Shown piece after piece: positions 1-9,740 of a DNA stretch of 64,000 bases. Origin of the DNA: an uncultured Polyangiaceae bacterium (GTDB lineage Bacteria; Myxococcota_A; Polyangia; Polyangiales; Polyangiaceae). The DNA lies in the NCBI GenBank assembly GCA_964609655.1, contig CAZSUA010000001.1, positions 11,839-75,838 of the forward strand. The letters run 5' to 3'. Position 1 is the stretch's first letter. Every line of letters begins with the position of its first letter. The position numbers were made by a program, and so were the translations under genes. The notes below the pieces were generated by a model. That model saw nothing but the letters and a program-made list of their open reading frames with translations. It was not told where the DNA came from and did no database searches.

Positions 1-117
1 AAAGAGATCGAGGAATTGACCGCGGACGGGAAGGTCTTAGAGATAACCTGTGACTATTGTGGGCGCGAATACGGTGTCACGCCGGCGCAGCTGCAAGGCT
101 TGTTGCAGCAGAGCTGA
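1..117 (+). CDS. hslO: Hsp33-family redox chaperone, C-terminal fragment (gene begins upstream of window)
   Basis: Frame 1 reads KEIEELTADGKVLEITCDYCGREYGVTPAQLQGLLQQS*. The CxxC followed by a short tail resembles the second Cys pair of the Hsp33 C-terminal zinc centre. Only 38 codons are visible. Confidence 0.5.
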   Translation, partial: KEIEELTADGKVLEITCDYCGREYGVTPAQLQGLLQQS

Positions 118-308
118 TGCCGTTCACGCCCCGCTTCGGTTTCTCAATCTGGGTCCAAAAGGGTGGCGGGCTCCAGCAGCTGATGGGGCGATTGCGTGCT
201 CTTTCCGCGGCGACTGGATCAGGTGTTCGTGTGATTCTTCCAATCTGAGCCCCGGTGTTCGCCCAATATTCGGCCCAAGCTTGCGCTCAGACGTGTTGCG
301 GGCTAGCG

Positions 309-2147
309 ATGCGCCGGCTTATGGCACTCGTTTCCCGCTCCGACCTTAGAAATATCGCGATCATCGCCCACGTCGATCACGGCAAGACAACTCTTGTTGA
401 CGCACTTCTGCGCCAGACTGGCGTCTTCCGTGTCAACGAGGTGGTGAAGGATCGCATCATGGATAGTGGGGATCTGGAGCGGGAGCGCGGCATCACCATT
501 TTAGCCAAGCACTGCAGCATTATTTATAAGGGAACCACGATCAATATCATCGACACACCCGGCCACGCCGACTTCGGCGGTGAGGTGGAGCGGACGCTGA
601 AAATGGCGGACGGTGCGCTCTTGTTGGTGGACGCCGCGGAAGGCCCGCTGCCCCAAACGCGGTTTGTGTTGCAGAAGGCTTTGGAGCTGAAGCTCCCGAT
701 CATTGTGGTGATCAACAAGATTGATCGCCACGACGCTCGGCCTGAGGATGTCATGACGGAGGTCTTCGATTTGTTTTGTGAGCTCGAAGCTAGCGATGAG
801 CAGGCGGATTTCGCTACGATCTTCGCGATCGGAAAGAACGGCGTGGCTCAACGCACCCTGACCGAGGCGGGCACCGACCTCACACCGCTTTTGGAGACGA
901 TTATCGAGCGAGTGAAGGCACCGACCGCTGATGACGAAGCGCCGTTGCAGGTACTGGTTCACAATGTGGACCACGATGAGTACGTCGGACGTCTCGGGAT
1001 TGGGCGCGTCTACCGCGGGGTCGCGAAGGTAGGCCAAACCGTGAAGCTGCTCGGCGCGGAAGGCGACTCGAGCCAGCGAATTGTCAGCATCTTTAGCTAC
1101 ATCGGCACCAAACGCACCAAAGTGGAGAGCGCACGCGGTGGCGATATCGTGGCTATTTCCGGCATGGACGACGTCCAAATCGGAGACACTCTGGCTGACC
1201 CGCTGAACGCCGTAGCGCTGCCACGCATCGCTGTTGAAGAGCCCACGATGAAGGTGCGCTTCATGGTGAGCACTTCGCCATTCGCCGGAAAAGTGGGCAA
1301 GTGGGTGACCTCCCGCCACTTGCGTGAGCGACTCGAACGCGAGGGGCATCGCAACCTGGCATTGAGGTTCGAACCCACCGATGAGCCCGATACCTTCATC
1401 GTCTACGGGCGCGGCGAGCTGATGTTGGCCGTGCTAGCAGAAACGATCCGCCGAGAGGGCTACGAGTTCTGCTTGGGCATGCCTGAAATTGTCACCAAAA
1501 TGGTGGACGGCAAGATGTGCGAACCGCTTGAGCTCGTGGTGGTCGACGTGCCCGACGAATTCATTGGCGCGGTGACGACTCGGCTTGGCGAACGCAAAGG
1601 GCAAATGACCAAGCTCACCAGCTTGGGCTTTGGTAGAACGCGCGCCGAATTCCGCGTTCGCTCGCGCGGCTTGATCGGGTTTCGCTCAGCCTTTCTGACT
1701 GAGACTCGCGGCACCGGCCTGCTCAACACGATGTTTGAAGGTTGGGAGCCGTATGGCGGCCCGATGCTGCGACGGCCGAACGGTGCGATGGTTTCGGATC
1801 GTGCGGGCGTTGCCACGCCCTACGCACTTTTTCACCTCCAGCCGCGTGGCACGCTGTTTATCACCTCAAGCGTCCCCGTTTACGAAGGCATGATCATTGG
1901 AGAACACAATCGCTCGAATGACCTGGATGTGAACGTGGTCCGCGAGAAGAAGCTCACGAATATTCGAGCTGCCGGCAAAGATGAGAATGTGGTGCTCACC
2001 CCGCCCCGCCCGCTCACCATTGATTTAGCCATGGAATTTATTGATCGGGATGAGCTGATCGAGGTGACGCCAGACGCCGTCCGCCTGCGCAAAATGGTGC
2101 TTCCCTGCAATCGCCGCCCGCGACGCGAGGGCGCTGAGTCCGCCTAG
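309..2147 (+). CDS. typA: translational GTPase TypA/BipA
   Basis: GTPase motifs [15 protein letters not shown] (G1), [14 protein letters not shown] (G3) and NKIDR (G4), in a roughly 600-aa BipA-like architecture. An ATG at 309 (or 321) sits just before the conserved N-terminus, so the ORF-track start at 255 is probably too early. Confidence 0.93.
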   Translation: MRRLMALVSRSDLRNIAIIAHVDHGKTTLVDALLRQTGVFRVNEVVKDRIMDSGDLERERGITILAKHCSIIYKGTTINIIDTPGHADFGGEVERTLKMADGALLLVDAAEGPLPQTRFVLQKALELKLPIIVVINKIDRHDARPEDVMTEVFDLFCELEASDEQADFATIFAIGKNGVAQRTLTEAGTDLTPLLETIIERVKAPTADDEAPLQVLVHNVDHDEYVGRLGIGRVYRGVAKVGQTVKLLGAEGDSSQRIVSIFSYIGTKRTKVESARGGDIVAISGMDDVQIGDTLADPLNAVALPRIAVEEPTMKVRFMVSTSPFAGKVGKWVTSRHLRERLEREGHRNLALRFEPTDEPDTFIVYGRGELMLAVLAETIRREGYEFCLGMPEIVTKMVDGKMCEPLELVVVDVPDEFIGAVTTRLGERKGQMTKLTSLGFGRTRAEFRVRSRGLIGFRSAFLTETRGTGLLNTMFEGWEPYGGPMLRRPNGAMVSDRAGVATPYALFHLQPRGTLFITSSVPVYEGMIIGEHNRSNDLDVNVVREKKLTNIRAAGKDENVVLTPPRPLTIDLAMEFIDRDELIEVTPDAVRLRKMVLPCNRRPRREGAESA

Positions 2148-3016
2148 CGCGAACGGCTGCTTGAAGGCTTCTTCTTGGTAGAGATCTTCGATTCGTAGGT
2201 GCTCACCAGAATTTCCTGGACCACACCTCGGCCGTGCCCTTGGCTGTTGATGGCACGCCGTGCGGGAACCATGCGGCAAGTAAAGCCGGCGTACAACGCC
2301 TGAGTCTCTGGCGTGCACGAATTCGACAGCACGGCTTGCACTCCGCGTTTGGCGAGATGCTGGAAGACCTGGCCAAGCCGCTCGTGCTCAAGCATAGAAA
2401 ATCCGTCGGCTTGGTAGCTCGTAAAATTCGAAGTCTTTGAAACTGGCAGGTACGGTGGGTCGAGGTAGACGGCGTCACCTTTGCGGGCTTTCCCGCACAC
2501 TTCCTCAAAGTCGAGGTGCAAAATCTCGGCTTTCTGGAGTAAGAGCGCCGAAGCCCGCAGATTAGCGGCGTCACAGATTGCAGGATTCTTGTAGCGGCCA
2601 AAAGGAACATTGAAAGCCCCTTTGCTGTTCACGCGGTAGAGGCCGTTGTAACCTGTCTTGTTCAAGTAGATGAAGCGGGCCGCGCGCGCAAAGCGATTGC
2701 GCGGTATTGAAGCGCGAACTTCATAGTAGAACGCTTCGGAGTGGCGCTCCTTCAGTGGCAGTAGCTGAAGAATGAGCTTTTCTACGTCATCTTTGATGGC
2801 GCGATACACGGCGACAAGCTCTTGGTTCTTGTCCGCGAGGACGGCCTTCTCAAAGCGATCTTGTGCGGCCAATTCAAAGAAAACAGCGGCGCCGCCCAAG
2901 AAGGGCTCGTAGTAGGTCTCGACGTGGTCGGGCAACAGCGGAAGGATCTGGCCAAGCAGCTGGGTTTTCCCGCCGGCCCACTTCAGCACGGGTCGTCGCC
3001 TACTCGTCTGCATCAC
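2144..3016 (-). CDS. dam: D12-class (Dam-like) N6-adenine DNA methyltransferase
   Basis: Motifs KWAGGK, YEPFLGGAAVFF (AdoMet motif I), NKTGYNGLYRVN and VYLDPPY (catalytic motif IV), in alpha-group order. Its stop codon shares the palindrome CTAG (2144-2147) with the typA stop. Confidence 0.88.
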   Translation of the reverse strand: MMQTSRRRPVLKWAGGKTQLLGQILPLLPDHVETYYEPFLGGAAVFFELAAQDRFEKAVLADKNQELVAVYRAIKDDVEKLILQLLPLKERHSEAFYYEVRASIPRNRFARAARFIYLNKTGYNGLYRVNSKGAFNVPFGRYKNPAICDAANLRASALLLQKAEILHLDFEEVCGKARKGDAVYLDPPYLPVSKTSNFTSYQADGFSMLEHERLGQVFQHLAKRGVQAVLSNSCTPETQALYAGFTCRMVPARRAINSQGHGRGVVQEILVSTYESKISTKKKPSSSRSR

Positions 3017-3065
3017 AAACGTCAGTGAGTACCTCGTTCTTCAGCGCTGTGTCTAGGCCGCGCCG

Positions 3066-4391
3066 CTATTCGAGACCGACGAGCGTACTCGTTTCTTCGG
3101 GGAACGTGAGCGGTGTTTGGCCATCTCGCAAGAATACCCGCGAGTTATCTTGTGAACCGCGATCCAGTTCAAAAGCGAATGAGCACCCGAGCTCGGTGAG
3201 CGCCTGGGCGAGGGCTAAGTTGCTATCCTGATTCACGTAGGCTAAAAACAACTTTCGCTCCGTTTTTGGTGGGGCGAGGCAGAGGGCTCCTCGTTCGCGC
3301 AGCGCGCCCCGGCTACGCGCATTGGCTGTGAGCTCGCCGAGCTTGAGTAGCATCGGGAGCTGAACGAGTTCTTCGTCAGCGAGAAGATCGAGCCGCTTGC
3401 CCATCGGTAGATACTCGAACGCTTGCCCGGCTCGTGATTTCAAGCTGGCATAGCCTGCTCGGAGCGGAAGCTGCACCGTCCCTCGCGTGGCGAACCCGTA
3501 GCGTGTGCCGTCACTCGTGCTCCCGAGTGTGATCGCAATCATTGCCCGGGTCGCCTCGACGGGCGTGAGCGCGGGGCGTTCGCCTCGGAAGGGTTCGGAT
3601 TTTCCAGGCAGCAATCGCCATGCGAACTTATCCCAAGCAATGGTAACGAGCTGAACCTCAACGGCTCCCACCCGCAGAGAGTGCCGCGATACTGGCTTGG
3701 AGTCGGGTTCGACTGGCCCCACCAGCACATCGGCGGGGTCGGCTGTTGGCAGGCGAACCCTTTTCGCAACGCTCGGTCCAAGCTTGAGCGTGAGCTCGGA
3801 AGCCGAAATGGTAAACGTGAGCGTGCGATGGGTTGGCGAGAACCGGTATCTGTGGACAGTTTCCTGGCGTGGCCAGACAGGCTGCCAGGGGTTGCAGCGA
3901 GCGATGGACGCGGGCAGTTGGAGCAAGGAGATCCAGACTGAGCTCGCTTGCTGACCCAGGAATGCCGCGTGGTCACCAGACGCAATCAAGTGCGAAAGCG
4001 CTTCGCCGCCAATTGGACTGAGCCGCCGTGGCACCCCGAATCCGAGAAGTTTCCCGTCGGGCGTGAGGCGGGCGCAGCTGGCGTAGAGTGCGCGCGGGTG
4101 CTGCGAACCGGGAGCGCCCAAAAAAAACAGTAGCCGTCCGAGAAAATAATCGGCAACGACCCCGGAGGAGCGTGCCCACACCCAATCGGAGGCCTCGACA
4201 CTCCCACCGAGCTGTTCAGCGAGCGCGCGTGCCAGAGCGGGTCGATCCGAAAGCGTACCCAACCCGCGAGCGCCACTTGGCAAGACGCTCAGCACGGCGC
4301 CCAAGGCGAGGATGCACACCCTCCGAACAACAGGAGCCAGCCGACCTGCCATCAACTGCCCTGAAGTAGCTAGGTCCAGAGTGCCTCGCAA
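3066..4391 (-). CDS. secreted hypothetical protein, C-terminus possibly phosphodiester glycosidase (DUF2233)-like
   Basis: 441-aa ORF with an N-terminal hydrophobic signal-like segment (VCILALGAVLSVLPSGA). The C-terminal block LTELGCSFAFELDRGSQ resembles the ..ELGC..ALNLDGGGSS block of that family but is degenerate. It is co-directional with dam, 49 bp upstream of it. Confidence 0.45.
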   Translation of the reverse strand: MRGTLDLATSGQLMAGRLAPVVRRVCILALGAVLSVLPSGARGLGTLSDRPALARALAEQLGGSVEASDWVWARSSGVVADYFLGRLLFFLGAPGSQHPRALYASCARLTPDGKLLGFGVPRRLSPIGGEALSHLIASGDHAAFLGQQASSVWISLLQLPASIARCNPWQPVWPRQETVHRYRFSPTHRTLTFTISASELTLKLGPSVAKRVRLPTADPADVLVGPVEPDSKPVSRHSLRVGAVEVQLVTIAWDKFAWRLLPGKSEPFRGERPALTPVEATRAMIAITLGSTSDGTRYGFATRGTVQLPLRAGYASLKSRAGQAFEYLPMGKRLDLLADEELVQLPMLLKLGELTANARSRGALRERGALCLAPPKTERKLFLAYVNQDSNLALAQALTELGCSFAFELDRGSQDNSRVFLRDGQTPLTFPEETSTLVGLE

Positions 4392-4482
4392 GCCTTGCTC
4401 GCTCCCTCGGCACGTTTAGAGTCTGTTTCAGGGTTTCCAAGGCTTGTGACTCTGGCGGACCGCTGATAACGCTACAGCACTC

Positions 4483-5316
4483 GTGGCGCGCAGTAATCTT
4501 GTGATCCGTTTCGCGACTGCTTTGGCAGCAGTGCCGCTGCTCGTTCTGTTGATTTTTTGGGGCCCAGTCTGGGGTTTTGCACTGTTGCTCTTTCTCGCCA
4601 CGGCGCTCATGGCGAGTGAGTTTTTCGCCATGACACATCCGGACGACCGCGTGGCGCAGGCGATTGCTGTGGCCGTCACCGTCGGGACCGGCGTGGTATT
4701 TTACACGTTCTCAACGGATGCCAGAGTGTTGGTGTTGCTAGCCATCACGGTTCCCATCGTGGGCATGTTGGTCCCACTTTGGCGCCTCGGCGAGGTGCAC
4801 ACAGCCGCCCTGCGCGCTCTCGCGGGCGTGGCGGGTCCGTTCTACATCGGAGTGCTCTTCGCGACCTTAGGGCTGATGCGGCGTGACCTCGGCAGCTTAG
4901 GGCCGGGGCACATTGTGCTCACGCTCACCATCGCGTGGTTCGGAGATACCTGCGGCTATTTTTTCGGGCGCTATTTCGGAAAACGTCAGTTGTATGCGTT
5001 GGTGAGCCCTAACAAGACTCAGGAGGGTTTGGTGGGCGTCATCCTCGGAGCCATCTTGGCAGGGCTGCTGGCGCACTTTTGGTATCTCCCTGAACTCCCG
5101 CTTGGGCACGCACTCGTGCTGGGAGCCATCACGGGCGTTCTGGGCCAATTGGGGGATCTTGTGGAGTCGCTCTTCAAGCGCGCTACCGGCATCAAGGATT
5201 CGGGTCGAATCGTGCCTGGCCACGGGGGGCTCCTGGACCGGATGGATGCGGTGCTTATTGTTGCGCCAATTGTCTATATTTATGCGGTGTGGTTTGGGGT
5301 GACGGCAGGCCCTTAG
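4483..5316 (+). CDS. cdsA: phosphatidate cytidylyltransferase
   Basis: Polytopic membrane protein with the CdsA signature SLFKRATGIKDSGRIVPGHGGLLDRMD. GTG start. Confidence 0.9.
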   Translation: MARSNLVIRFATALAAVPLLVLLIFWGPVWGFALLLFLATALMASEFFAMTHPDDRVAQAIAVAVTVGTGVVFYTFSTDARVLVLLAITVPIVGMLVPLWRLGEVHTAALRALAGVAGPFYIGVLFATLGLMRRDLGSLGPGHIVLTLTIAWFGDTCGYFFGRYFGKRQLYALVSPNKTQEGLVGVILGAILAGLLAHFWYLPELPLGHALVLGAITGVLGQLGDLVESLFKRATGIKDSGRIVPGHGGLLDRMDAVLIVAPIVYIYAVWFGVTAGP

Positions 5317-5347
5317 GAAGGGGACAGAAACGAGCGTAGTTTTTGGC

Positions 5348-6712
5348 ATGTCCGATTCGCGTCGCATTTCAGTCGTGCCGGCTCTGAACCCAGTCGAATC
5401 CAGAGGTCTCGGGGGTCCAGAGCAGGTGATCGGTAGTTCGGTTCCGGCACCATCGGATAACAAGCACGATTTCTTTGGAGTCGTGCAGGGTTATTTGGGC
5501 GCTGCCGCGCGTTTGATTCAACTGCCGTCTCACATCCAAAGCATTCTGAGCCAGCCAAAGAACGAAGTGATCGTCCACTTCCCAGTGCGCATGGATGACG
5601 GGCAGTTTCGCTTGTTCAAGGGCTACCGCATTCAGCACAATAATGTGCTCGGCCCCTACAAGGGAGGCCTACGTTTTCACCACGCAGCATCGCTGGACGA
5701 TTTCAAAGCGCTCGCTGCGCTCATGACCTACAAATGTGCACTCATGAATTTGCCGTTCGGGGGCGGTAAGGGCGGCATCAAGTTTGACCCGAAGCTAGTC
5801 TCTAAGTCCGAGCTCAGCCGGATCACGCGCCGATTTGTCTACGCGCTGGGCTCGAATATTGGGCCCGATTACGACATCCCTGCGCCCGATGTCGGCACCA
5901 ACGCTCAAGTCATGGCCTGGGCTATGGACGCCTACATGAACACCCTAGGCACGTTTAGCAAACAGTCGCAGATTGGCGTCGTAACAGGAAAGCCGGTCAC
6001 TAGCGGTGGTACTCGCGGGAGAGAGCAAGCAACCGGTCAGGGCGTGGTGCATTGCATTCGACTCTGGGCTGAGCAGAATCGCTTTGATCTCAGCGGGAAG
6101 AAGCTGATGGTGCAGGGCTTTGGCAACGTGGGTTCCAATGTGGCAGTGCTGCTGAGCCACTTCGGGGTTTCGTTGGTCGCGGTGGGTGACCACACGGGGT
6201 ATCTCACCAATGCTGAGGGTTTCAACGCTTACCGGTTGAAGGAGTACGTGGAGCAGCACGGCTCGATTTCGGGGTATCCCAATGGCCAGCCCATTTCGCG
6301 AGCGGAGTTCTTCGCGATTTCCGCCGATATCTTTGTCCCGGCGGCGCTTGAAAATCAAATCCATCCTGAAGAAGCGGAGGCTCTCACTGTCAGGCTCGTG
6401 GCTGAAGGCGCCAACGGCCCGTGTCATCCCGCAGGCGAGGCTGTTCTGGCTCGGCGCGGGATCCAGGTGCTTCCAGATATTTTGGTCAACGCCGGGGGCG
6501 TGACCGTGAGTTACTACGAGTGGGTTCAAAATCGAAGGAGTGAGCAGTGGCCGCTGGCGGAGGTAGAGAGTCGTCTGAGTGACGCGATGACTGACGCCTA
6601 TTCTCGCATGCAGGATTTTGCACGCCGCCACGAGTGTAGCTTCAGGCTGGCTTGCTATGGGGTCGCCCTGGAGCGCATCCTGGCCGTCTACAACGAACGC
6701 GAAATTTCCTGA
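5348..6712 (+). CDS. gdhA: Glu/Leu/Phe/Val-family (glutamate) dehydrogenase
   Basis: Active-site block LPFGGGKGGIKFDP and dinucleotide fold MVQGFGNVGS. Confidence 0.88.
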   Translation: MSDSRRISVVPALNPVESRGLGGPEQVIGSSVPAPSDNKHDFFGVVQGYLGAAARLIQLPSHIQSILSQPKNEVIVHFPVRMDDGQFRLFKGYRIQHNNVLGPYKGGLRFHHAASLDDFKALAALMTYKCALMNLPFGGGKGGIKFDPKLVSKSELSRITRRFVYALGSNIGPDYDIPAPDVGTNAQVMAWAMDAYMNTLGTFSKQSQIGVVTGKPVTSGGTRGREQATGQGVVHCIRLWAEQNRFDLSGKKLMVQGFGNVGSNVAVLLSHFGVSLVAVGDHTGYLTNAEGFNAYRLKEYVEQHGSISGYPNGQPISRAEFFAISADIFVPAALENQIHPEEAEALTVRLVAEGANGPCHPAGEAVLARRGIQVLPDILVNAGGVTVSYYEWVQNRRSEQWPLAEVESRLSDAMTDAYSRMQDFARRHECSFRLACYGVALERILAVYNEREIS

Positions 6713-6728
6713 GCTTCGCAAATGCAAA

Positions 6729-6754
6729 ACGGGCTGCCCTGGGGGACGGCCCGT
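6729..6754 (-). terminator. candidate intrinsic terminator between convergent gdh and the sigma-factor gene
   Basis: Stem acgggctg / cggcccgt (8 bp including one G-U) with a 10-nt loop. Read on the minus strand it is followed by TTTGCATTT. Confidence 0.4.
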
Positions 6755-6783
6755 CTGATTGGGAGGATCTTGCTGCAGATGCC

Positions 6784-7608
6784 TTAGGCAGCTTCAGTGA
6801 TAATAGCTTTCAACATCACCATCGCACGCGAGTGCAACTGCGAGATGCGCGGTTCACTCACGCCGAGTTGATCACCCAGCTCCTTGAACTTCACGCCTCG
6901 AAAATAGTGAGCCGAAACAATGTGGCGTTCGCGCTCCGGCAGCTTGTCGACGGCGCGAACCAGGCTCTCCCGAGCAAATTTGGCCTCGCAGGCGCTTTCG
7001 CTGTCGGGGATCGCCGAGCTCAGCAGCGAACGGCTCTGTTCCGCTGGGCTCACGTCATCGAAACGAACCACAGAAGGCGTAGCTCGATTGGCATCTCCAC
7101 CCTTGTTGGCTAACGCTCTAACTCGGCGTGGCAACCAATCCTGTGCGCGAAGCTCATCCAAAATCGCTCCGCGGATCCGCACCCGGACATACCATTCAAA
7201 GCTATCAGCGGGCTTACCTTCGTGACGGCGGATAGCATCCCAGAGGCCACTCATGCCAGCAGCCAGCAGATCCTCACGAAGCACGTTGCTCGGTAGCTTC
7301 CTTTGAAACCCGCCAACAATCTGCCGAACCAGGGGCGTATAAAGTGTGAGAAGGTCATCTGTTCGGCGCACAGCACTCTGCTTGGCGCGCGCGCGGTGAA
7401 CCACCGTGGCAGGCACAGCGGCGTTCGGGCGCTTGTGACGAATTTTGTCACCTGCGACTTGCGTCTGCACTTTTGCCCGACGCGCGGGCTTAGGTGGGAT
7501 CGAGGCACGGGGTATGATCGAAACCCGTGAAGAAACCGCGCGCTCTTTCGAACGCCGTGGAACTGCGGGGGCCTTAAGTACTGATTGTTTCGAGTGTCGC
7601 AAACTCAT
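6784..7608 (-). CDS. sigma-70 family RNA polymerase sigma factor (group 3, FliA/WhiG/SigB-like) with a basic N-terminal extension
   Basis: Region 2-like LYTPLVRQIVGGF and a region 4 HTH FKELGDQLGVSEPRISQLHSRAM. The first ~85 aa are Arg/Lys/Ala/Pro-rich, and the exact start is uncertain. Confidence 0.8.
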   Translation of the reverse strand: MSLRHSKQSVLKAPAVPRRSKERAVSSRVSIIPRASIPPKPARRAKVQTQVAGDKIRHKRPNAAVPATVVHRARAKQSAVRRTDDLLTLYTPLVRQIVGGFQRKLPSNVLREDLLAAGMSGLWDAIRRHEGKPADSFEWYVRVRIRGAILDELRAQDWLPRRVRALANKGGDANRATPSVVRFDDVSPAEQSRSLLSSAIPDSESACEAKFARESLVRAVDKLPERERHIVSAHYFRGVKFKELGDQLGVSEPRISQLHSRAMVMLKAIITEAA

Positions 7609-8016
7609 GGTGAATCCTCCGGAGCCAGGCCAAAGCAGCGTTCATGCCAGGTTGTCCAATTTCGAGAATTGGGCTGTTTCTGTACGAGACGCCACCGAGG
7701 TATGGGTCGTCGAGGACCTTGGAAAAACGCCTTTTCTCTTCCAGTGGAGACGGATGCCTGGGCTTATAATCTAATAAATTCAACAGGTTGAGCTATCGCG
7801 ACCCAAGTTCGTCCGCGGCTGGGGCTCGGGGGACCCCCCCCGTGCGAACTGGTGACGATTCGCGCGGAGCCGCCGCGTTTTGCGGCCAGGTCAAGAACGC
7901 CCCAGCCCTTTTCCGTTTGATTTGCCGCGGAAACGGGGCGTTCGCCGGTTTCTTGGCGGTTTGCCTCCGACAATGCGAGAGTTTGTAGGACCTTCCGACC
8001 CGGTAGCCATAAGATC

Positions 8017-9096
8017 ATGAGAGAAGGAAAGAACCTCGTTGGCCTCGATATAGGCTCAACGGGCATCAAGGTTTGCCAGCTTGAAGAAACGCGCCGTGGC
8101 GTGCGGCTGATTCGCTTCGGGTATGCGCCGTTGGCGCCGCAAGTGGTGGTTGACGGGCAAGTGATGGATGCCGGAGCCGTCACCGCAACCATCGAACAGG
8201 TTTTCGCACAACAGAAAATTCGGGAGCGCTCCTGTGCGCTGAGCGTGTCGGGCCAAAGCGTGATCATTCGAAAGATCACCGTGCCCATGATGACCGATGC
8301 TGAACTTGCGGAGCAGATCACCTGGGAAGCTGAGCAGCACATTCCTTTCGACATCAAGGACGTTGAAGTGGACTACCAGGTCCTGCGGCGCCGTCCTGAA
8401 GCCAGCCAGATGGATCTCTTGTTGGTCGCCGCCAAGCGCGATCAGATCAACGACTACGCTCAGCTGGCGCGCAATGCCGGGCTCAAGCCCGTGATCTGCG
8501 ACATCGATTCCTTCACGGTCCAGAACCTTTTCGAAAGAGCGCGTGGCTTGCCTTCCGGGCAAATTATCGCGCTCATCAACATCGGGGCGAGTCTTTCCTC
8601 GCTGAATGTCGTGGCGAATGGCGTGAGCGCCTTCACACGTGAGATTGCCAATGGTGGCAACTTGATCACCGAGGAAATCCAGAAAGCTCTGGGCATGCCT
8701 CACGAGCAGGCGGAGGCCCTCAAGTGCTCGAGCACCTTGCCCGCCAGCACCGATTCTAGCCATTCGGGTGCTCAGCCTCACAATCTGATGCGGATTATCG
8801 AGGCCGCAACAGACGCGATAGCGGCGGAGATCCAGAGAAGCCTCGATTTTTACTTGGCAACAAGTGGCGAAACCGAGATCTCTCGCATGTATATTACGGG
8901 TGGCAGCTCCAGTTTACCGAGCCTGGCTCAAGCGATCGAACGTCGAGCGCGTGTGCCGGTTGAAGTTTGGTCGCCATTGGAGGGGCTCACCATTGATCCG
9001 AAGTACCTCGACGCCGAGTTGCTCCAAGCTCGTTCCGCTCAGTTGGCCGTAGCTCTTGGCCTTGCGCTCAGAAAGCACAAGGAGTCGCGGGCATGA
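8017..9096 (+). CDS. pilM: type IV pilus assembly protein PilM
   Basis: Actin-like ATPase N-terminus VGLDIGSTGIKV. It is the first gene of a pilMNOPQ array joined by 1-4 nt overlaps. Confidence 0.92.
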   Translation: MREGKNLVGLDIGSTGIKVCQLEETRRGVRLIRFGYAPLAPQVVVDGQVMDAGAVTATIEQVFAQQKIRERSCALSVSGQSVIIRKITVPMMTDAELAEQITWEAEQHIPFDIKDVEVDYQVLRRRPEASQMDLLLVAAKRDQINDYAQLARNAGLKPVICDIDSFTVQNLFERARGLPSGQIIALINIGASLSSLNVVANGVSAFTREIANGGNLITEEIQKALGMPHEQAEALKCSSTLPASTDSSHSGAQPHNLMRIIEAATDAIAAEIQRSLDFYLATSGETEISRMYITGGSSSLPSLAQAIERRARVPVEVWSPLEGLTIDPKYLDAELLQARSAQLAVALGLALRKHKESRA

Positions 9097-9740
9097 TCAA
9101 AATCAATCTGCTGCCAGATAAGGCACGCACTAAGGCTAAAAAGGGACCCCAGGAGAGCCAGGCGTGGCTTATGGTGTTGCTGGTGCTTCTGCTGGCTGAA
9201 GTTGCTGGCCTATTCGTGTTTCACGGATTCAAGGAGCAGGAGCTTTCCCGACAAACCGATAAGAATTCGGAGATCCAGAAACAGATCGACCAAGCCAAGA
9301 TTCAGGTTGCGGATCACGCCAAGGTTAAAGAAAAACTCAAGCAGCTGCGAGCCCGCGAAGATGCCATCGCCGAGCTGCAGAGCGCGCGGACGGGTCCGAC
9401 GGCAATGTTGCTCGAACTGGCACGTATCTTGACGCCTGGCCGCGGCCCCAGCGTTAATCCTGATGAGTTAAATAAACTCCGCCGTGATAATCCGCTCGCT
9501 ATCTACAATCCCTCTTGGGATGGTCGCAGGCTCTGGCTGGCGCTCTTCACGGAAGAATCCCGGAAAATCCAGTTGCGGGGGATCGCTCGCGATGGGGAAG
9601 ATGTGAGCGAGCTAGCGCGCAGGCTGAATCTATCCAGCTACTTTACAGACGTTAAGTTAATGCCGGCAAAAAAGGTTGATCTGCTCAAAGCTGGCCCGCA
9701 AATGATTGAGTTCAATCTGGAAGCGATGGCGAGGTACTGA
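9093..9740 (+). CDS. pilN: type IV pilus assembly protein PilN
   Basis: MIKINLLP N-terminus, a single TM helix and a coiled coil. Its start overlaps the pilM stop (ATGA). Confidence 0.88.
   Translation: MIKINLLPDKARTKAKKGPQESQAWLMVLLVLLLAEVAGLFVFHGFKEQELSRQTDKNSEIQKQIDQAKIQVADHAKVKEKLKQLRAREDAIAELQSARTGPTAMLLELARILTPGRGPSVNPDELNKLRRDNPLAIYNPSWDGRRLWLALFTEESRKIQLRGIARDGEDVSELARRLNLSSYFTDVKLMPAKKVDLLKAGPQMIEFNLEAMARY

Noticed and set aside
501-1349. 282-aa antisense ORF inside typA, representative of many long ORFs on the opposite strand or in alternative frames of confident genes (for example 8056-8781, 12012-12722, 15478-16005, 51856-52767, 60481-61035)
   Set aside because: These are typical shadow ORFs of GC-rich DNA. 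Their Arg/Ala/Pro/Gly-rich translations have no motifs, and each is fully overlapped by a gene with strong family signatures.
7765-7770. Perfect TATAAT hexamer in the sigma/pilM divergent region as a pilM promoter
   Set aside because: There is no convincing -35 element at 16-18 bp, and it lies about 250 bp from the pilM start. It is only noted as part of the AT-rich patch.
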